Shown one piece after another: positions 59,115 to 64,000 of a DNA stretch of 64,000 bases. Below the pieces are notes generated by a model. It saw only the letters and a list, made by a program, of their open reading frames with translations. It was not told the DNA's origin and made no database searches. The first letter of the stretch is position 1. Each line of letters begins with the position of its first letter. This stretch comes from Terriglobia bacterium (GTDB lineage Bacteria; Acidobacteriota; Terriglobia; 20CM-2-55-15): assembly GCA_963664115.2 (NCBI GenBank), contig CAXWPJ010000002.1, positions 864,001-928,000 of the forward strand. The letters are read 5' to 3'. The translations under genes and the position numbers were made by a program.

Positions 59115-60098
59115 ATGGCAAAGAAAAGAGTTCTCAGCGGGATGCGGCCGACCGGGCGCTTGCATCTGGGGAACTACGTGGGGGCACTTGAAAACTGGGT
59201 GCGCCTCCAGGACGAATATGACAGCTTCTGTTTCGTTGCCGACTGGCACGCGCTCACCACCGACTACGAGAGCGGCGCGGACTTCCGCGAAAACGCGATC
59301 CAGGTGGTGATCGACTATCTCGCGGCCGGACTGGACCCGGAGCGAACGACAATCTTTCTTCAGTCCAGCGTGCCCGAACACGCCGAGCTGCACCTGCTCT
59401 TCTCGATGGTGACGCCTTTGGGATGGCTCGAACGGGTGCCCTCATACAAGGAACTGCAGGAAAATATCGATCACGACATCAACACCTACGGATTCCTGGG
59501 GTATCCCGTGCTTCAGTCGGCAGACATCCTGCTTTACAAAGCCGTCGCAGTACCGGTGGGAGAGGATCAGGTGGCCCATGTCGAACTGACGCGGGAAATT
59601 GCCCGCCGATTCAATCGGATCTTCACCAAGGTATTCCCGGAACCCAAGGCACTGTTGACCGCCACGCCAAAGCTGCCCGGAACGGACGGTCGAAAGATGA
59701 GCAAGAGTTACGGCAACACGATTGGGCTGGGCGACCCGCCCGAAGTCGTCAAAAAGTCGCTCCTGACGATGATGACGGACCCTGCGCGCAAGCGGCGGTC
59801 GGATGCTGGAAACCCGGAGCTCTGTCCCGTGTTCGACCTGCATAAGGTGTTTTCCGACGAAAAAATGCTGCAGGATGTGGACCAAGGTTGTCGCAGCGCA
59901 GGGATAGGCTGTGTGGAATGTAAGGGTTGGCTTTTTGAGAACTATCAAGAGAAACTCGGACCGATTTATGAACGTCGCGTCCATTACGAGGAGAACCCGC
60001 AGGAAGTCCTCGATGTTTTGGAACACGGGAGGGAGAGGGCGCAGTCGGTAGCGGGCGCAACCATGGCTGAAGTCCGGGACGCGATGAAGCTGAAGTAG
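59115..60098 (+). CDS. trpS: Tryptophan--tRNA ligase
   Basis: SGMRPTGRLHLGN, YPVLQSADIL, VPVGEDQ, KMSKS. Confidence 0.97.
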   Translation: MAKKRVLSGMRPTGRLHLGNYVGALENWVRLQDEYDSFCFVADWHALTTDYESGADFRENAIQVVIDYLAAGLDPERTTIFLQSSVPEHAELHLLFSMVTPLGWLERVPSYKELQENIDHDINTYGFLGYPVLQSADILLYKAVAVPVGEDQVAHVELTREIARRFNRIFTKVFPEPKALLTATPKLPGTDGRKMSKSYGNTIGLGDPPEVVKKSLLTMMTDPARKRRSDAGNPELCPVFDLHKVFSDEKMLQDVDQGCRSAGIGCVECKGWLFENYQEKLGPIYERRVHYEENPQEVLDVLEHGRERAQSVAGATMAEVRDAMKLK

Positions 60099-60177
60099 AG
60101 AGTCAGTAGTGAGTTAAAAGTTATTAATTAAGAATCATCCCTTGGGGAAGCATGCTCTTAACTTTCAACTGTTGACA
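60099..60177. repeat. Inverted array of degenerate 7-mers
   Basis: agtcagt-agtgagt-taaaagt-ta ... taacttt-caactgt-tgac. Confidence 0.5.
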
Positions 60178-60190
60178 CCGAACGCCCCAA

Positions 60191-60940
60191 ATGGCGCAAG
60201 AATTAAAAATCACGCTCGATCTCTATGAAGGCCCCCTGGACCTCCTGCTGGACCTCATCCGCCGACAGAAACTCGATATCTACGACATCCCCATCGCCGA
60301 GGTGACCGCACAGTATCTGGACTACCTCCACCTGATGAAGGAAATGAATGTGGATGTCGCTTCCGAGTTTCTGCTCATCGCGGCGCAGTTGATCTACATA
60401 AAATCACGGTTGCTGCTGCCTCTCGACCCGGATGCGCTTCCGGAAGAAGAGGAAGATCCTCGGGCAGAACTGGTTCGAAGACTGCTCGAACACGAAAAAT
60501 TCAAGAATGCCGCGGAGATGCTATACCAGAGGGAGCTTGTCGAAAAATCCACATGGACGCGACCCGGCGGACTGGACATCAAAGGGAGCGAGCTCGAACC
60601 CCAGGTTACCGCGACACTTTTCGACATGCTGGCAGTTTTTCGCGATGTACTGAAGCGACATGAAGAACGACCGTCCATAGACATCAACCGGGAAGAGTTC
60701 ACGATCGAAGAGATGGCAACCCTGATCCTGGGGCAGCTCGACACCGCTCCCTCCGGTCTTCCATTTATGAACCTCATGGAAAGGTTTTCGACAAGAAAGG
60801 CACTGATAACGGCGTTTCTGGCACTCCTGGAGCTTGCCCGGATCCGTGCGATTAAAATCGGCCAGAAGGACGCATTCGGAGACATCCACCTCCGATCGAA
60901 CCCGAAGTATGAGCGATCCCAATCTTTCAGCCTTGCTTGA
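60191..60940 (+). CDS. scpA: Segregation/condensation protein A
   Basis: YEGPLDLLLDLI, IKSRLLLP, DPRAELV, FLALLEL. Confidence 0.95.
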   Translation: MAQELKITLDLYEGPLDLLLDLIRRQKLDIYDIPIAEVTAQYLDYLHLMKEMNVDVASEFLLIAAQLIYIKSRLLLPLDPDALPEEEEDPRAELVRRLLEHEKFKNAAEMLYQRELVEKSTWTRPGGLDIKGSELEPQVTATLFDMLAVFRDVLKRHEERPSIDINREEFTIEEMATLILGQLDTAPSGLPFMNLMERFSTRKALITAFLALLELARIRAIKIGQKDAFGDIHLRSNPKYERSQSFSLA

Positions 60941-61571
60941 GGCGATCATCTACCTCGCCGACGAGCCCGTTCGACCCGAACAAATTCAAAAGGCACTGCC
61001 GGAGGTAACGCGTCAGGCGCTGGGCGATGAACTCAAGGCTCTTCTGGAGCGATTTCAGGCCACGACCCACGGCATCGAGGTTCGCGAAGTGGCCGGCGGC
61101 TATCGCTTCTCAACGAAGCCGGAACACCACGAAGTCCTGAAGAAGTTCGCCCGAAGCCTGGTCCCCCCGACCCGGCTTTCCATGGCTGCGCTGGAAACTC
61201 TGGCGGTGATTGCGTACAGACAACCCATTACGGTGCCTGAGATCCAGGAAGTGCGTGGTGTTCACGCCGCTGGTGTGATCAAAACTTTACTGGACCGAAA
61301 ACTGGTGACCGCAGCCGGACGTAAGGACGTGGTCGGCCGCCCCATTCTGTACAAGACCTCGCGCAATTTCCTGATCCACTTTGGTCTCAACAACCTCGAC
61401 GACCTGCCCAGCATGGAAGAGTTCGAAGAGCTGATCAAATCCGAGCACTCCGCGGAGCAAGCTGAACTTCCCCTCGACTCTGAAATGCCTGAGGACACTG
61501 CGGAAACTGAGGCAAGCGAGTTGTCCGAATCGTCCGAGGGTGAAGATGCCACAGAAGATGCCGCCGGCTGA
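60909..61571 (+). CDS. scpB: SMC-Scp complex subunit ScpB
   Basis: LEAIIY, VAGGY, LSMAALETLAVIAYRQP, GRPILY, LDDLP; start at ATG 60909. Confidence 0.95.
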   Translation: MSDPNLSALLEAIIYLADEPVRPEQIQKALPEVTRQALGDELKALLERFQATTHGIEVREVAGGYRFSTKPEHHEVLKKFARSLVPPTRLSMAALETLAVIAYRQPITVPEIQEVRGVHAAGVIKTLLDRKLVTAAGRKDVVGRPILYKTSRNFLIHFGLNNLDDLPSMEEFEELIKSEHSAEQAELPLDSEMPEDTAETEASELSESSEGEDATEDAAG

Positions 61572-61629
61572 GCGGTCGGGTCCCTGCCGTGCGTTTCCTT
61601 AAAGTAGTCCATCCGCTAAAATAAATACG

Positions 61630-62424
61630 ATGCCGGATCGATTACAGAAAATTCTGGCCCATGCGGGTGTGGCGTCCCGCCGCAATGCCGAAAAGATGAT
61701 CCTGGAGGGACGGGTTCGGGTCAACGGGAAGATTGTAAGTGAGATGGGTGTTCAGGCCGATCCCGTGATCGACGTGATTACCCTGGATGGCAAGCGCTTG
61801 CGCCGACCCGGCTTACCCCTCTACATTCTCCTTCACAAGCCCAAGGGTGTCCTCTCGACACGCAATGATACCCGCGGCAGGCGCACCGTCATCGACCTGA
61901 TCGATGCCCGTCTGCGCAATAAGGTCTATCCGGTAGGCCGCCTCGACTACGCCTCGGAAGGTCTTCTGATTCTGACCAACGACGGAGAGTTCACTCACTT
62001 CATGACCCGTGCGGGGGGCGCCGAAAAGGTATACCGTGTGAAAGTTTCCGGAACTCCGACAGAATCAGCACTCGACCGTCTCAGGAAGGGGATCCGCCTG
62101 ACAGACACACGCACCGCACCATGTGACATCCGGATTTTTCGGATCGGGGCCAACACCTGGTATGAAATCACCCTCCTTCAAGGACGGAACCGGCAAATTC
62201 GGAGGATGTTCGAAGCCATCGGTCACTCCGTCCTGAAATTACGGCGGACGCGCATCGGTTTCCTTGAGGACAGTAAGCTTGAATCCGGTGTATGGCGCCA
62301 CTTGACCCAGAGTGAGGTGGATAAGTTTTATCGTCGATATGGAGACAAGCCCGCCGCACGGAAGCCGGCGGCCCGGTTGGTGCGGAAAACTCGGCGCAAG
62401 ACAGCAGTGGGGAAGCGATCGTGA
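61630..62424 (+). CDS. rluB: rRNA pseudouridine synthase (RluB/RsuA family, S4 domain)
   Basis: RLQKILA..GVASRR, HKPKG, VGRLDY..EGLLILTNDG, GRNRQIRRMF. Confidence 0.88.
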   Translation: MPDRLQKILAHAGVASRRNAEKMILEGRVRVNGKIVSEMGVQADPVIDVITLDGKRLRRPGLPLYILLHKPKGVLSTRNDTRGRRTVIDLIDARLRNKVYPVGRLDYASEGLLILTNDGEFTHFMTRAGGAEKVYRVKVSGTPTESALDRLRKGIRLTDTRTAPCDIRIFRIGANTWYEITLLQGRNRQIRRMFEAIGHSVLKLRRTRIGFLEDSKLESGVWRHLTQSEVDKFYRRYGDKPAARKPAARLVRKTRRKTAVGKRS

Positions 62425-62813
62425 CCCCACAAGAGATACTCGCGGCCTATCGCACGATTGCTGTCATCGGGCTTTCGTCACGCGAAGCAAGGCCCAGTTA
62501 CGGTGTCAGCCGGTATATGCAGGCAAACGGGTACCGCATCATCCCGGTCAACCCCAACGAGCGGGAGGTACTGGGAGAGAAGTCCTATGCTCACTTGAGC
62601 GAAATTCCTGAGGCCGTGGAAATCGTCAATGTATTCCGGCGGTCGGAATTCGTGGGGGAGATCGTCGAATCGGCGATCCAAAACGGCGCCCGATGCATCT
62701 GGATGCAGGAGGGTGTCAGCGATGAGTCCGCGGCCGCGCGGGCCAGGGAGGCCGGGTTGGCCGTTGTCATGAATCGATGCATCCTCAAGGAACACATAGA
62801 ATTTAATGAGTAA
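62421..62813 (+). CDS. CoA-binding protein (YccU-like)
   Basis: IAVIGLS, IPVNP, VNVFRRS, WMQEG, MNRC. Confidence 0.88.
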   Translation: MTPQEILAAYRTIAVIGLSSREARPSYGVSRYMQANGYRIIPVNPNEREVLGEKSYAHLSEIPEAVEIVNVFRRSEFVGEIVESAIQNGARCIWMQEGVSDESAAARAREAGLAVVMNRCILKEHIEFNE

Positions 62814-62822
62814 ACTATAGAT

Positions 62823-64000
62823 CTATATTGATTTATCTATTTTATTAGCGCGGCGCCGAAACGCTTCAAGCCGCCGGACAAGCTCGGATTCCGCCCCCAC
62901 CTTCCTGCCGCGATAGTAACGGTGCGCTCTCAGGTTCTCAGGCAGACATTCCATGTCCGCCACCCCCTCCTCGGTATCGTGCGCATAGCGGTAGCCTTCG
63001 CCATAGCGGAGATTCTTCATCAAACGCGTTGGGGCGTTCCTCAAATGAAGCGGCACGGGCTCGGCGCGGCTGTTGCGAACCGCTTCCATGGCCCCAGCGT
63101 ATGCGGTGTATACCGAATTTGACTTCGGAGCTGCTGCCAGATAGATCACACATTCCGCCAACGCCAACCCGCCTTCCGGCATTCCAAGAAAATGGATCGA
63201 ATCCTTCGCGTCCAGGGCAAGTCCCAGGGCATGCGGATCAGCCAGACCGACGTCTTCGGAGGCGAATCGAACCAGACGCCGCGCCACATAGAGAGGATCC
63301 TCACCGGCTTCCAGCATCCGCGCAAGCCAGTACAGGCCAGCGTCGGCATCTGAGTTCCGAATGGATTTGTGCAGAGCGGAAATGATGTTGTAGTGCTCCT
63401 CACCCCCTTTGTCGTAGCGAAGCACTTTCCTCTGTGCCACCTCCTGAATCACGTCTCTGGAAATCTCAACCCCAGACGCGACAGACTGCGCAGCCATCTC
63501 AAGTATGTTGCACGCCGCACGGGCGTCGCCATTGGACAGGCCGACGATCGCGGATACCGCATCGGGGGCGATCAACAGATCGCAAAGCCTTACAGCACGT
63601 TGGATCAGTGCGGCGATTTGCTCGTCCTTGAGGGCTTCCAGAACAAAAACACGTACGCGGGAAAGCAGGGCGGCGATCACTTCGAATGAAGGGTTTTCCG
63701 TCGTTGCCCCGATCAGGGTGATGCTCCCTTTCTCGACATAGGGCAGGAAGGCATCCTGCTGGGCTTTGTTGAAACGGTGAATCTCGTCAACAAACAGAGT
63801 GGTCTGACGCCCACGTTTATGGGCAGCCTCGGCCGCTGCCATGATCTCGCGGATTTCCTTTATTCCGGACAGTACAGCGCTGAAACTCAAAAATGCCGAT
63901 TGCGTTCGATGCGCAACGATCCGGGCGAGCGATGTCTTGCCGACACCGGGAGGACCCCACAGTATCATCGAGGGAGTTTCATCGCGCTCTATGGCAGCTC
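62823..64000 (-). CDS. rarA: Replication-associated recombination protein A (5-prime end beyond the window)
   Basis: GPPGVGKT, DEIHRFNKAQQD, ATTENPSF, ISALHKSIR, ASEDVG, VPLHLRNAPT. Confidence 0.95.
   Translation of the reverse strand, partial: AAIERDETPSMILWGPPGVGKTSLARIVAHRTQSAFLSFSAVLSGIKEIREIMAAAEAAHKRGRQTTLFVDEIHRFNKAQQDAFLPYVEKGSITLIGATTENPSFEVIAALLSRVRVFVLEALKDEQIAALIQRAVRLCDLLIAPDAVSAIVGLSNGDARAACNILEMAAQSVASGVEISRDVIQEVAQRKVLRYDKGGEEHYNIISALHKSIRNSDADAGLYWLARMLEAGEDPLYVARRLVRFASEDVGLADPHALGLALDAKDSIHFLGMPEGGLALAECVIYLAAAPKSNSVYTAYAGAMEAVRNSRAEPVPLHLRNAPTRLMKNLRYGEGYRYAHDTEEGVADMECLPENLRAHRYYRGRKVGAESELVRRLEAFRRRANKIDKSI

Overview
A roughly 59% GC bacterial chromosomal window. The gene families and the ccsA-hemA-hemC-hemD and S2P-trpS-scpA-scpB-rluB order suggest Acidobacteriota (inference). 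The left half is accessory: secreted metallo-beta-lactamase-fold proteins, CxxCH heme proteins, DUF6152 modules, a pentapeptide-TIR protein and a sigma54-driven nitrate/nitrite assimilation operon followed by a NifA-like activator. The middle (39.9-50 kb) holds a lipid cluster lying between two near-identical IS1380 copies. The right end is housekeeping genes. There is no CRISPR array and I found no rRNA or tRNA gene. Main candidates: (1) a eukaryote-style ether-lipid pathway (AGPS homolog, SDR, fatty acyl-CoA reductase, two HAD-IB paralogs, variant PlsY, DAG-kinase family); (2) an ANTAR-type dual-hexaloop antitermination leader in front of the NifA-like gene; (3) a nitrate reductase lacking the Mo-ligand Cys; (4) a MITE and an IS1380 stacked in one CTAG site. 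Protein family calls come from motifs recalled from memory; no database searches were run.
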